Positions 38,245 through 46,610 of a DNA stretch of 47,071 bases are shown here, piece by piece. Each line of letters starts with the position of its first letter. The first letter of the stretch is position 1. The notes below the pieces were generated by a model. It worked only from the letters and a program-made list of their open reading frames with translations. It had not been told where the DNA came from and did not search any database. Source of the DNA: an uncultured Rhizobiaceae bacterium. Lineage in GTDB: Bacteria; Pseudomonadota; Alphaproteobacteria; CADEGL01. The position numbers were made by a program, and so were the translations under genes. The stretch is from NCBI GenBank assembly GCA_964477375.1, contig CAYZFH010000001.1, positions 3,367 to 50,437 on the forward strand, written 5' to 3'.

Positions 38245-39096
38245 ATGAACGCGATGACGGTCCGGCGCTTGACCGGCTATCTGGGCGCGGAAATCTCCGG
38301 CATCAATCTGAACAGCCTCAGCCCGTTCGAGGTGTCGTCCATCCGCAAGGCGTTCCTGGAACACCAGGTCGTCTTCTTCCCCGGGCAGAGGCTGAGCGCC
38401 GACAGCTTCGCCGCCCTGGCGGAGAAGTTCGGCGAGATCGAGCCGCCCCATACCGGCCTCGACAAGCATCCCGACAACACGAAGGTGATGCTGGTCACGG
38501 CGCGCGCGGCCAAGGGCGGCAAAAACTACAACGACATCTGGCACTCGGATGTTTCGTTCGACGAGACGCCGCCGCTCGGCTCCTTCCTTCATCCGATGAC
38601 GCTGCCGCCGATCGGCGGCGATACGCTGTGGGTCTCCATGTACGCCGCGTACGAGGCCCTCTCGGATCGCATGAAGACGATGATCGAGGGGCTTCAGGTG
38701 CTGCATGATGGTGTGCCCACCTTCACGCCCTTCCTGTTGGACCCGGCGACCAAGGATGGGCCGGAGCGCCTCAAGAAAATGAAGGTCGAGAAGCCGGGCT
38801 CCGTGCACCCGATGGTCATCCGCCATCCGGAAACCGGCCGGCGCGCGCTGTTCATCAGCCGCGCCTATGCGGCACGCATCATCGGCGTGTCGGACATCGA
38901 AAGCCGCCACCTACTTGCCATGCTCTGCGACCACTGCGAGCAGGCCAATTTCCAGGTCCGTTGGCGCTGGACCGAGGGCGATGTGGCCTTCTGGGACAAT
39001 CGCTGCACGATCCACTACGCCGCCAACGACTATGGCGTCGAGGCCCGCCAGATGATGCGGGTCACAATCAAGGGCTCGAGGCCGCAGGCCGCCTAG
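38245..39096 (+). CDS. TauD/TfdA-family Fe(II)/2-oxoglutarate dioxygenase
   Basis: 283 aa. LGAEISGINL, WHSDVSFDETPP (HxD), GGDTLW, HPMVIRHPETGR and WDNRCTIHYA are all canonical TauD motifs. Confidence 0.9.
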   Translation: MNAMTVRRLTGYLGAEISGINLNSLSPFEVSSIRKAFLEHQVVFFPGQRLSADSFAALAEKFGEIEPPHTGLDKHPDNTKVMLVTARAAKGGKNYNDIWHSDVSFDETPPLGSFLHPMTLPPIGGDTLWVSMYAAYEALSDRMKTMIEGLQVLHDGVPTFTPFLLDPATKDGPERLKKMKVEKPGSVHPMVIRHPETGRRALFISRAYAARIIGVSDIESRHLLAMLCDHCEQANFQVRWRWTEGDVAFWDNRCTIHYAANDYGVEARQMMRVTIKGSRPQAA

Positions 39097-39099
39097 GCG

Positions 39100-40593
39100 T
39101 CAGTCCAGTCCGGCCTTCTTCCGGATGATGGCCAGCCCCTCGCTGCGGTCGTAGGTGCGGTAGAGCTCTTCGCGCAAGGGCGCCGCCGGCGTCGCGTTCA
39201 AATTCTCGAACAATGCGATGCGCAGGGCCGCCCCGCTCGACGACATGTCCCAGATCAGGTTGAACAGCCGGTTCTTCTCCCGCGCCGAAATCTTGTAGCC
39301 GGGCAGATAGCGGTCGAGCAGCGGGCCAATATCCTGCCGCTCCCAGGTCGCGCGCGGCACCCGGCTGATCAGGCCCTGGCCGGACAGCTCGCGCAAATTC
39401 TGCATGATGCCCGGCAGGCCGACCACGGAGTGGAGACGGCAGGCCGTGACCATCACGGGGTCGGGCAGGACGACGCCGCTTTCGGTCGGCTGCGCGCGCT
39501 CCACCGCTGCGACCATGAAGGCGCGCAAGGTGGCGGCATAGGCGCAGACATCGGCCACCAGCATGCGGACGCCGGGAATATGGTCGGTGCCCAGCGCATC
39601 GACGATGGCTTGCGCCGCACCCGCGAAGATCTCCGCCCGGTACGAGAGGCGCGCGGCGATCTTGAACTGGGCGAAACGGCCGAGCGTGTAGTAAGCGCCC
39701 GAAGTCGCCTGGTTCTTGAAGCTGAAGACGTATTCGTCCGGGATGAAGACCCGGTCGAACAGCAGCATTCCGTCGCCTTCCTCGCCGCAGGAATCGAGCG
39801 GATGGTCTTCGGGATGCTCGAGGCCGGTGGTCGCGGGCTCGCGCAGGATGTTCTTGATGCCCTCGATGTGCGAGGGCACGACCGACCACAGCATGCACTC
39901 CTCGGGCATGGTCGGGTTGGGCGGCGGCATCGAGATGGTGCCGATATTGCCTTGGGCCATGACCGAGTTGCCGGCCTTGATGCCGGAGACGATGACGCCG
40001 TCCTTGCGCTGCTCGATCACGCGCAGGCGCCCTTCCTGCTCGGGCATCGGCAGCTTCCGGCTGGTCTGGACGTCGATGATGATGTCGGCGCTGACCAGGT
40101 TGTGGCGCTGGCCGATCTCGATGAAACGCTCGATCTTTTCGATCGCGCCCGGCTCTTCCTTCTTCACCAGGTGGTTGAAGGCCATGAAGCCGATGGCTTT
40201 CACCGGGCCGTAATCGGGCGGCCGGCCGAAGACGCCGAACGTCTGCAAGGTCGAGAAACGGATCGTCGCCAGATGCCGTTTCAGATCGTCCTTGCTGCGC
40301 GGCACCAGCCAGCCGGTGGCGATGCGGTTGCCGCTCTTAGGCTCGATCGAGGTGACCTCTTCGCGCGTCGCGGGATCGAATTGCGCGTCGAACACTCCGG
40401 CCAAGGTGTCGATGCCGCGCCGGAGCTGGGGCTCCTCGGTCACGTCTTTCACGTCGCGCCCGCCCAGGATCACGTTGCGCCCATCGCGCAGGCTCTCGAT
40501 GTATTGGGCGCCCGTGCGCAGACACGGATCGGTGCGTTCGACCGCGCGGCCGATCAGCCATTCGCCCGTGGCGGGCAGTATCGGCTTGTTCAT
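39100..40593 (-). CDS. HpaB-family protein (4-hydroxyphenylacetate 3-monooxygenase oxygenase component / 4-hydroxybutyryl-CoA dehydratase superfamily)
   Basis: 497 aa from ATG 40593. The N-terminal TGAQYIESLRDGRNV and overall length fit the HpaB/AbfD superfamily. The ATGA overlap with the upstream deacetylase-fold gene indicates coupling. The ORF-track extension to 40851 is rejected. Confidence 0.75.
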   Translation of the reverse strand: MNKPILPATGEWLIGRAVERTDPCLRTGAQYIESLRDGRNVILGGRDVKDVTEEPQLRRGIDTLAGVFDAQFDPATREEVTSIEPKSGNRIATGWLVPRSKDDLKRHLATIRFSTLQTFGVFGRPPDYGPVKAIGFMAFNHLVKKEEPGAIEKIERFIEIGQRHNLVSADIIIDVQTSRKLPMPEQEGRLRVIEQRKDGVIVSGIKAGNSVMAQGNIGTISMPPPNPTMPEECMLWSVVPSHIEGIKNILREPATTGLEHPEDHPLDSCGEEGDGMLLFDRVFIPDEYVFSFKNQATSGAYYTLGRFAQFKIAARLSYRAEIFAGAAQAIVDALGTDHIPGVRMLVADVCAYAATLRAFMVAAVERAQPTESGVVLPDPVMVTACRLHSVVGLPGIMQNLRELSGQGLISRVPRATWERQDIGPLLDRYLPGYKISAREKNRLFNLIWDMSSSGAALRIALFENLNATPAAPLREELYRTYDRSEGLAIIRKKAGLD

Positions 40594-41510
40594 GGCCGCA
40601 CCTTGTCCGGCTTCACGTCGCCGAGTTCGGGGATGGGGCCGGTGTAGTAGGGAAGCTGATCGACGCGCGGTTGCCAGCGTCCTTCGGTCGCCATCTTGCG
40701 CGCATGCGCCGCGATCTCCTCCAGCGGCGCGAACCACACCTTGCCTTTGCGTTCCATGTGCTGGATCAGCTTGTCGATCCAATGGGCGCGCGCCAGGCGC
40801 CCCGAGAGGAACGGGTGCCAAACGCTGATCCACAGGCCGCCGTATTCCCACGCGGCCTCGAACTCGTCGAGGAAGACCTGATAGGCCTGGCTCGGCGCCT
40901 TCACGGCCATGATGTAGTTGAAGTCGCGGCTGACCTGGTAATGCGGCCAGTCGTCGAGCCCGTAGTGCGAGGGCAGTTCGACCACCGAGCCCTTCTTGTT
41001 GGAGATGATGTAGGGAATGTCGTCGCCGAACAGCGACGCGTCGTACTCGATGCCGTTATCCAACAGGATATCGAGGGTGTTGCGCGAGAATTTGTACGTC
41101 GCGGCGCGGTAGCCGCGCGGCTTGCGCCCGGTCGCCTTCACGATCACGTCCATCGAGCGCTCGAACCAATAGCGCTCCTCGTCCGGCTCGAGCTCGTTCG
41201 GGTGCTCGTGGAGATAGCTGTGATGCGCGATCTCGTGCCCGTCCTTCAGAATCATCTCGACCGCGGCCGGATAGCGTTCGATGCACCAGGCCGGCAGGAA
41301 GAAGGTCTGCTTGATGCCGTGCCGCCGGTACATGTCGACCAGCCGCGGCACCGCGACCTCGGGCCCATAGCGCAGGCCCGACATCGACGCCACGCGCGTA
41401 TCGGCCGAGGCGTGGTGGGCCAGATGCAGGATGCTGTCGGCATCCATGTCGAAGGTGAAAGCGACGGCGCAGCGCGCCCCATCGGGCCACGGAATCTGGT
41501 TGCGAATCAC
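40590..41510 (-). CDS. Polysaccharide deacetylase (NodB-homology) family hydrolase
   Basis: 306 aa from GTG 41510 with a strong AGGGGAGGA RBS. It has the TFDMDAD aspartate motif and the HHSYLHEH histidine motif of NodB-fold enzymes. The ATG at 41597 lies in the AT-rich regulatory region and is rejected. Confidence 0.75.
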   Translation of the reverse strand: MIRNQIPWPDGARCAVAFTFDMDADSILHLAHHASADTRVASMSGLRYGPEVAVPRLVDMYRRHGIKQTFFLPAWCIERYPAAVEMILKDGHEIAHHSYLHEHPNELEPDEERYWFERSMDVIVKATGRKPRGYRAATYKFSRNTLDILLDNGIEYDASLFGDDIPYIISNKKGSVVELPSHYGLDDWPHYQVSRDFNYIMAVKAPSQAYQVFLDEFEAAWEYGGLWISVWHPFLSGRLARAHWIDKLIQHMERKGKVWFAPLEEIAAHARKMATEGRWQPRVDQLPYYTGPIPELGDVKPDKVRP

Positions 41511-41578
41511 GGCTGGTCCTCCCCTGCGCGCGCCCGGAGCGGCGCGCGGGCGGCAGCGTTGCAAATCCCAGGTCGATA

Positions 41579-41595
41579 GAGAAATATAGTTTCTC
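41579..41595. promoter_or_regulatory. Inverted repeat in the LysR/deacetylase divergent region (candidate LTTR site)
   Basis: GAGAAA-tatag-TTTCTC, a perfect 6-bp dyad in an AT-rich 100-bp intergenic region, 21 nt upstream of the LysR TTG start. Confidence 0.3.
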
Positions 41596-41615
41596 AATCA
41601 TCGGGATCAGGAAAC

Positions 41616-42524
41616 TTGATCGATATATCTCTGCGCGTGCTGCGCTATTTCGTGGCCGCCGCCGACCACGGCAACGTCACCGCGGCCGCGCGCGCGCTCA
41701 AGGTGTCGCAGCCTTCGGTCTCCCTCGCGATCGCCCAGATCGAGGAGGCGCTGAACACCCAACTCTTCGTGCGCCAGCATTCGCGCGGCGTGGCGCTGAC
41801 GCCCGCCGGCACCACGGTTCTGCGCGAGGCGCGCAAGCTTCTGGCCCATGTCGGCGACTTCGCCGACGGCGTTTCGGGCGTGGCGGAGGAAACGCGCGGC
41901 AGCCTGGCCATCGGCTGCCTCGGCTATCTGGCGCCGCGCTATCTGGCCGCGCTTCTCAGCGGTTTCCTCGCGCAGTATCCGCAGACGGACGTGACCTTCC
42001 GCGACGGCGACCAGCCCGATCTCATGCGCGGAATGGTCAACGGCGAGCTGGAGGTGGCGCTGACCTACGACCTGATGCTGCCGCGGCCCTTCGCGGTCGA
42101 GCCGCTTTTGGAGCTGCCGCCTTATATCCTGCTGTCCGCGCGGCATCGGTTGGCCAAGCGCGGCGCGATCCATCTGCGCGAGGTTGCGGACGAACCCTGC
42201 GCGCTTCTCGATCTTCCGATCAGCCAGGATTATTTCGGTTCGGTCTTCGCCTCGCAGGGGCTCACCCCCAACGTGCGCTACCGCACGGGCTCGATGGAGA
42301 CGGTGCGCAGCCTGGTCGGCAACGGCTTGGCCTATTCGATCCTGACCCTGCCGCTGAAGGTCTCGGCCAGTTACGACGGCAAGCGCATCGCCGCCGTGCG
42401 CCTGCGCGATTCGGTCCAGCCCGCGCGCATCGCCGCCGTGCATCTGGCCGAGCACAAGCCGCGCCCCATCGCCCAGGCCTTCCTGGCCTTCGCGCGCGGC
42501 TTCTTTCGCAAAGAGGTCGCCTAA
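41616..42524 (+). CDS. LysR-family transcriptional regulator
   Basis: 302 aa. LRVLRYFVAAADHGNVTAAARALKVSQPSVSLAIAQIEEALNTQLFVR. TTG start. Divergent from the deacetylase/HpaB operon. Confidence 0.85.
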   Translation: MIDISLRVLRYFVAAADHGNVTAAARALKVSQPSVSLAIAQIEEALNTQLFVRQHSRGVALTPAGTTVLREARKLLAHVGDFADGVSGVAEETRGSLAIGCLGYLAPRYLAALLSGFLAQYPQTDVTFRDGDQPDLMRGMVNGELEVALTYDLMLPRPFAVEPLLELPPYILLSARHRLAKRGAIHLREVADEPCALLDLPISQDYFGSVFASQGLTPNVRYRTGSMETVRSLVGNGLAYSILTLPLKVSASYDGKRIAAVRLRDSVQPARIAAVHLAEHKPRPIAQAFLAFARGFFRKEVA

Positions 42525-42738
42525 ACCGCGGCTAAGCCCCCTGGGCAAAAGGGTCTTAGGTTCCAAAACTTCTCGCATTTTGCAAATTGGAAATCTTTTA
42601 ATGATGCGGCGCACAATAGACCGTTGTTCGCGAAGCGTAGGAATGAACTAAGTATTTGATTAAAAATATTTTTTGTTCCTCTTCCGCAGCCATGATTTTG
42701 CCTTAACGGTGGCATCCGGGTTGCTCTTAAACCCTATC

Positions 42739-44214
42739 ATGGCGACCTTCTACGGCACCCCCGGCAACGACACGATCAGCGGCACAATCCAGGCCGACCT
42801 GATCTATGGCTATGCGGGCAACGACACGCTGTCCGGCATCGCGGGCAACGACACCATCTTCGGCGGCGTCGACAGCGACACGATCTTCGGCGGCTCGGGC
42901 AGCACCGTGCTGTGGGGCGACGAAGGCTGGTATCAGGACCAGGACGGCAACGACGTCATCTATGGCGGCGCGGCCGGCAACAACACGCTCTATGGCGGCG
43001 GCGGCCGGGACATCATCTTCGGCAGCGGCAGCCGCGACCTGATCTTCGGCGACCTTTGGTACGCCAACACCAGCTCGCGCCCCGCGGGCTGGCACAACGA
43101 CACGATCGACGCTGGCAAGGGCGATGATACCGTCTATGGCGGCAACGATTCCGACAGTATCCAGGGCGGCGACGGAAACGATTTGATCTATGGCGATTAT
43201 GATTCGCCGACCGCCTATGACGGCGCCGATTCGATCGACGGCGGCAAGGGCGACGACACGATCTATGGCGGCGGCGCGGGCGACACGATCACCGGCGGCG
43301 ACGACAACGACCTGATCTACGGCGACTTCGCCTCATACTCGGACCAGGACGGCAACGACCTGATCTATGGCGGCAAGGGCGACGACACCGTCTATGGCGG
43401 TGGCGGCAACGATCTCATCCTCGGCGAAGACGGCAACGACGTCCTGTGGGGCGGTTTCGACTATTACGATTCGCGCGATGGCAACGACACGATCGACGCG
43501 GGCGCGGGCAAGGACACTGTTTTCGGCGGCGCGGGCAACGACCTGATCTACGGCGGCGACGGCGACGACATCCTGTGGGGCGGGTTGGGCTTCAACTATT
43601 ACGATCCGCTGGATGGCAACGACATCATCTACGGCGACAAGGGCAACGACACCATCTTCGGCGGCGGCGGCAACGATACGCTGTACGGCGGTGACGGCAA
43701 CGACGTCATCTATGGCGATCTGAACCTGGGTTACAGCAGCCAATACGAAGGCAACGACCTTCTGATCGGCGGCGCCGGCAACGACACGATGTATGGCGGC
43801 GGCGGCAACGACACGCTGTGGGCCGGAAGCGGCAACGATACGCTGTTCGGCGGCAACGGCGACGATCAGCTCTATGCCGGCCCGGGCGTCAGCGTCTTGT
43901 CGGGCGGCGAAGGCTACGACACGTATTTCTTCGGCCGCGGCGACGGCCAGGCCACCATCAACGACGGCGGCACCGGCTCGAACGCGCTGGAGATCTACTA
44001 CGGCTTCAACGCCCCGCCGCAGAACATCACGCCCAGCGACATCGCCTTCACGAACAACAACAACGGCACCTGGACGATCACCATCACCGCGACCAACGAC
44101 TCGGTGACCTTCAAGTCCAGCGAGATCCACGACATCAGCGTTTGGGGCACCAACCAGGCCTATTGGTACGAGTGGAACGGCACCAACTACGGCCAGCCGC
44201 ACCTCGACGTCTAA
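42739..44214 (+). CDS. RTX-type calcium-binding repeat protein (probable type I secretion substrate)
   Basis: 491 aa from ATG 42739 with no signal peptide. About 40 GGxGxDxUx nonapeptides (for example [20 protein letters not shown]), then a roughly 90-aa non-repeat C-terminus. Confidence 0.85.
   Translation: MATFYGTPGNDTISGTIQADLIYGYAGNDTLSGIAGNDTIFGGVDSDTIFGGSGSTVLWGDEGWYQDQDGNDVIYGGAAGNNTLYGGGGRDIIFGSGSRDLIFGDLWYANTSSRPAGWHNDTIDAGKGDDTVYGGNDSDSIQGGDGNDLIYGDYDSPTAYDGADSIDGGKGDDTIYGGGAGDTITGGDDNDLIYGDFASYSDQDGNDLIYGGKGDDTVYGGGGNDLILGEDGNDVLWGGFDYYDSRDGNDTIDAGAGKDTVFGGAGNDLIYGGDGDDILWGGLGFNYYDPLDGNDIIYGDKGNDTIFGGGGNDTLYGGDGNDVIYGDLNLGYSSQYEGNDLLIGGAGNDTMYGGGGNDTLWAGSGNDTLFGGNGDDQLYAGPGVSVLSGGEGYDTYFFGRGDGQATINDGGTGSNALEIYYGFNAPPQNITPSDIAFTNNNNGTWTITITATNDSVTFKSSEIHDISVWGTNQAYWYEWNGTNYGQPHLDV
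42754..43953 (+). repeat. Coding tandem-repeat array (27-nt RTX nonapeptide units organised in larger super-repeats)
   Basis: GGC/GAC/AAC/GAC-rich 27-nt periodicity is visible in the DNA. Blocks of 3-4 nonapeptides are separated by aromatic/acidic linkers ([52 protein letters not shown]). Confidence 0.8.
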
Positions 44215-44221
44215 AAGAAAA

Positions 44222-44248
44222 CCCCCGCCCGGGCGAACCCGGCGGGGG
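44222..44248. terminator. Bidirectional rho-independent terminator between RTX gene and katE
   Basis: CCCCCGCCCGGG-cgaa-CCCGGCGGGGG (11-12 bp GC stem with one bulge), flanked by AAAAGAAAA upstream and TTTCTCGTT downstream. Confidence 0.7.
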
Positions 44249-44267
44249 TTTCTCGTTCCGGAAAAAT

Positions 44268-46400
44268 CTAGCCGCGCTTCCGCGGCTTTTCCGCCGTTGG
44301 CGTGCCGGGCTTGCGCAGCTCCGGCTCGCGGTCCCAGATGCGATGTTTCTTGGCCACCGCGATGAACGCCTTGATGCCGCCGCTTCCGGCCAGCGAGACC
44401 GTGCCCTCGTCGGCGTCGGTGCCGATGCCCGCCTTGTCGAACAGCGGATCGGCGGCCGGCACATGCCCGATCGCTTTCAAATGCCCGAAGGCGTCGCGCA
44501 GCCAGTCGATCGCGGCGGCTTCGGATACCAGCATCTCAGCCCCCTCGTCGGAAGGCAGCAGCGCGACCGCATCGAACAGCACCGACGGGCCGGCCGGCAG
44601 CGCGTGATGCGCCGGCATTCGCTTGCCATCCGAAAGCGTCGCGCCGCCGACTTTCGGCGCCACGATCTGCAGAGCAGCACCTTCGCCCTCGACGGCTTTT
44701 TTCAAGGCCGATAGAAGCTTCGCGTCGGTGCCGTCGGTGATCAGCACACCGATCGTACGGCCCTTGATCGTCTCCGGCGCCTTGGCGATCAGGCTCAGCG
44801 CGGGCGAAGGCTTCATGGTCTTGGGTTGAACAACGGGCGCGATGGTGTCGGCTTGGCCTTCCATGCCCAGCGCCGCTTCCACGCGGCCGTGCAGGTCGCC
44901 GTCGACATTGGCCAGATGGCCCAGCATGCGCGTGCGCACGGCGACAACCTCGCACTTGCCCAGCTCGAAGGCGAAGGCGCTGGCGATATGCCGCTTCTCC
45001 GGCTCGGTCATCGAGTTCCAGAACAGGCGCGCCTGGGTGTAGTGGTCGGCGAAGGTCTCCGACCGCTCGCGAACCTTTTCGCCGCGCACCGGCTCGGCAA
45101 CGCTGGTGAAGCCGTGTACGGGGCAGCCGCGCGGTCCGCCATTGTCCAGACTGTTGGGCTCATAGGCCACGCGGCCTTTCGGCACTTGCATGCGGTGCTG
45201 CCCGTCGCGCTGGAAATTGCGCATGGGGCAAACCGGCCGATTGATCGGGATCTCGTGGAAGTTCGGTCCGCCCAGGCGGCTCAACTGCGTGTCGAGATAG
45301 GAGTGGAGGCGGCCCTGCAGCAACGGATCGTTGGTGAAGTCGATGCCCGGCACGACATGGCCTGGGTGGAAGGCGACCTGCTCCGTCTCGGCGAAGAAAT
45401 TGTCGGGGTTGCGGTCCAGCACCATCTTGCCCACGGGCTGGATCGGCACGACCTCCTCCGGAATCAATTTCGTCGGATCCAAGATATCGAACCCGAACGA
45501 ATCGGCCTTCTTCTGGTCGAATGTCTGCAGGCACAATTCGTATTCCGGGAAGGCGCCCATTTCGATCGCGTTCCACAGGTCGCGCCGGTGGAAATCGAAA
45601 TCCGCGCCGATCAGCTTCACGGCCTCGTCCCATACCAGCGACGCGGCGCCGATGGTCGGGCGCCAGTGGAACTTGACGAAGGTCGATTGGCCCTTCCCGT
45701 TCACCAGGCGGAACGTGTGGACGCCGAAGCCTTCCATCATGCGGTACGAGCGCGGAATGGCCCGGTCCGACATGGCCCACATCAGCATGTGGATGCTTTC
45801 GGGCATCAGCCCGACGAAATCCCAGAACGTGTCGTGGGCGGAAGCCGCCTGGGGAAAGCCGCGGTCCGGCTCCATCTTCACCGAATGGACCAGGTCGGGG
45901 AATTTCATCGCATCCTGGATGAAGAAGACCGGGATGTTGTTGCCGACCAGGTCGAAATTGCCTTCGCTGGTGTAGAACTTGACCGCGAAACCGCGCACGT
46001 CGCGCACCGTGTCGGGCGAGCCCGCGCCGCCCGCGACCGTCGAGAAGCGGGTGAAGACGCGCGTCTTGGCCTTGGTGTCGTTCAGGAACGCCGCGCGCGT
46101 CAGGTGGGGCAGCGGCTTATAGAGCTGGAAATACCCGTGCGCGGCCGAACCGCGTGCGTGGACGATGCGCTCGGGGATCCGCTCGTGGTCGAAATGCGTG
46201 ATCTTCTCGCGCATCACGAAGTCTTCGAGCAGCGTCGGGCCGCGCAGTCCGCCGCGCAGGGAATTCTGGTTGTCGGAAACGACCACGCCCTGGTTGGTGG
46301 TCAGCATGTCCATGCCGTTGGCGGCGCTGGCTTCCTGATGTGTCTCTCCGCCCCGGCCCTGGCGGCTCTTCGGGGTTTTCGTCGAGGTGCTTTTTGCCAT
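44268..46400 (-). CDS. katE: Large-subunit monofunctional catalase (HPII type)
   Basis: 710 aa. FDHERIPERIVHARGSAAHGYF, the heme-catalase core, plus a C-terminal DJ-1/PfpI-like domain (GRTIGVLITDGTD...). Confidence 0.95.
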   Translation of the reverse strand: MAKSTSTKTPKSRQGRGGETHQEASAANGMDMLTTNQGVVVSDNQNSLRGGLRGPTLLEDFVMREKITHFDHERIPERIVHARGSAAHGYFQLYKPLPHLTRAAFLNDTKAKTRVFTRFSTVAGGAGSPDTVRDVRGFAVKFYTSEGNFDLVGNNIPVFFIQDAMKFPDLVHSVKMEPDRGFPQAASAHDTFWDFVGLMPESIHMLMWAMSDRAIPRSYRMMEGFGVHTFRLVNGKGQSTFVKFHWRPTIGAASLVWDEAVKLIGADFDFHRRDLWNAIEMGAFPEYELCLQTFDQKKADSFGFDILDPTKLIPEEVVPIQPVGKMVLDRNPDNFFAETEQVAFHPGHVVPGIDFTNDPLLQGRLHSYLDTQLSRLGGPNFHEIPINRPVCPMRNFQRDGQHRMQVPKGRVAYEPNSLDNGGPRGCPVHGFTSVAEPVRGEKVRERSETFADHYTQARLFWNSMTEPEKRHIASAFAFELGKCEVVAVRTRMLGHLANVDGDLHGRVEAALGMEGQADTIAPVVQPKTMKPSPALSLIAKAPETIKGRTIGVLITDGTDAKLLSALKKAVEGEGAALQIVAPKVGGATLSDGKRMPAHHALPAGPSVLFDAVALLPSDEGAEMLVSEAAAIDWLRDAFGHLKAIGHVPAADPLFDKAGIGTDADEGTVSLAGSGGIKAFIAVAKKHRIWDREPELRKPGTPTAEKPRKRG

Positions 46401-46456
46401 GCTGGATCTCCCGCGCGCGATGGCCGCGCCCGTCGCCGGCGCGGCCGTGCGGAGAT

Positions 46457-46481
46457 AACCGGGCCATGGGTGCCGAGTTCC
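46457..46481 (-). promoter_or_regulatory. Candidate EcfG-type general-stress promoter of katE
   Basis: The minus strand reads GGAAC (46481-46477), 16-nt spacer, GGTT (46460-46457), about 57 nt upstream of the katE ATG. The -35/-10 words match those upstream of csbD. Confidence 0.4.
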
Positions 46482-46610
46482 TCGCTCTTTAGAGGAAATA
46501 AAAAAATGACAAGGGCATACCAGATCTGGGGGAAAACGGGATGCTTCCCCCTCGACCTGCGGTTTTGCGCGTCACTATAGTGTTCTTTGGATTTTTCCCA
46601 GGAGATATCG

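Noticed and set aside
41511-41597. ATG at 41597 as start of the NodB-fold gene
   Set aside because: It adds 29 residues of non-homologous sequence and places the start inside the AT-rich LysR regulatory region. GTG 41510 has a strong AGGGGAGGA RBS.
43333-44202. 289-aa antisense ORF inside the RTX gene, and possible confusion of the 27-nt periodic DNA with a CRISPR or satellite array
   Set aside because: The periodicity is explained by in-frame GGxGxD nonapeptide codons. The units are not separated by unique spacers. The antisense ORF is a Val/Ala/Asp mirror of the repeats.
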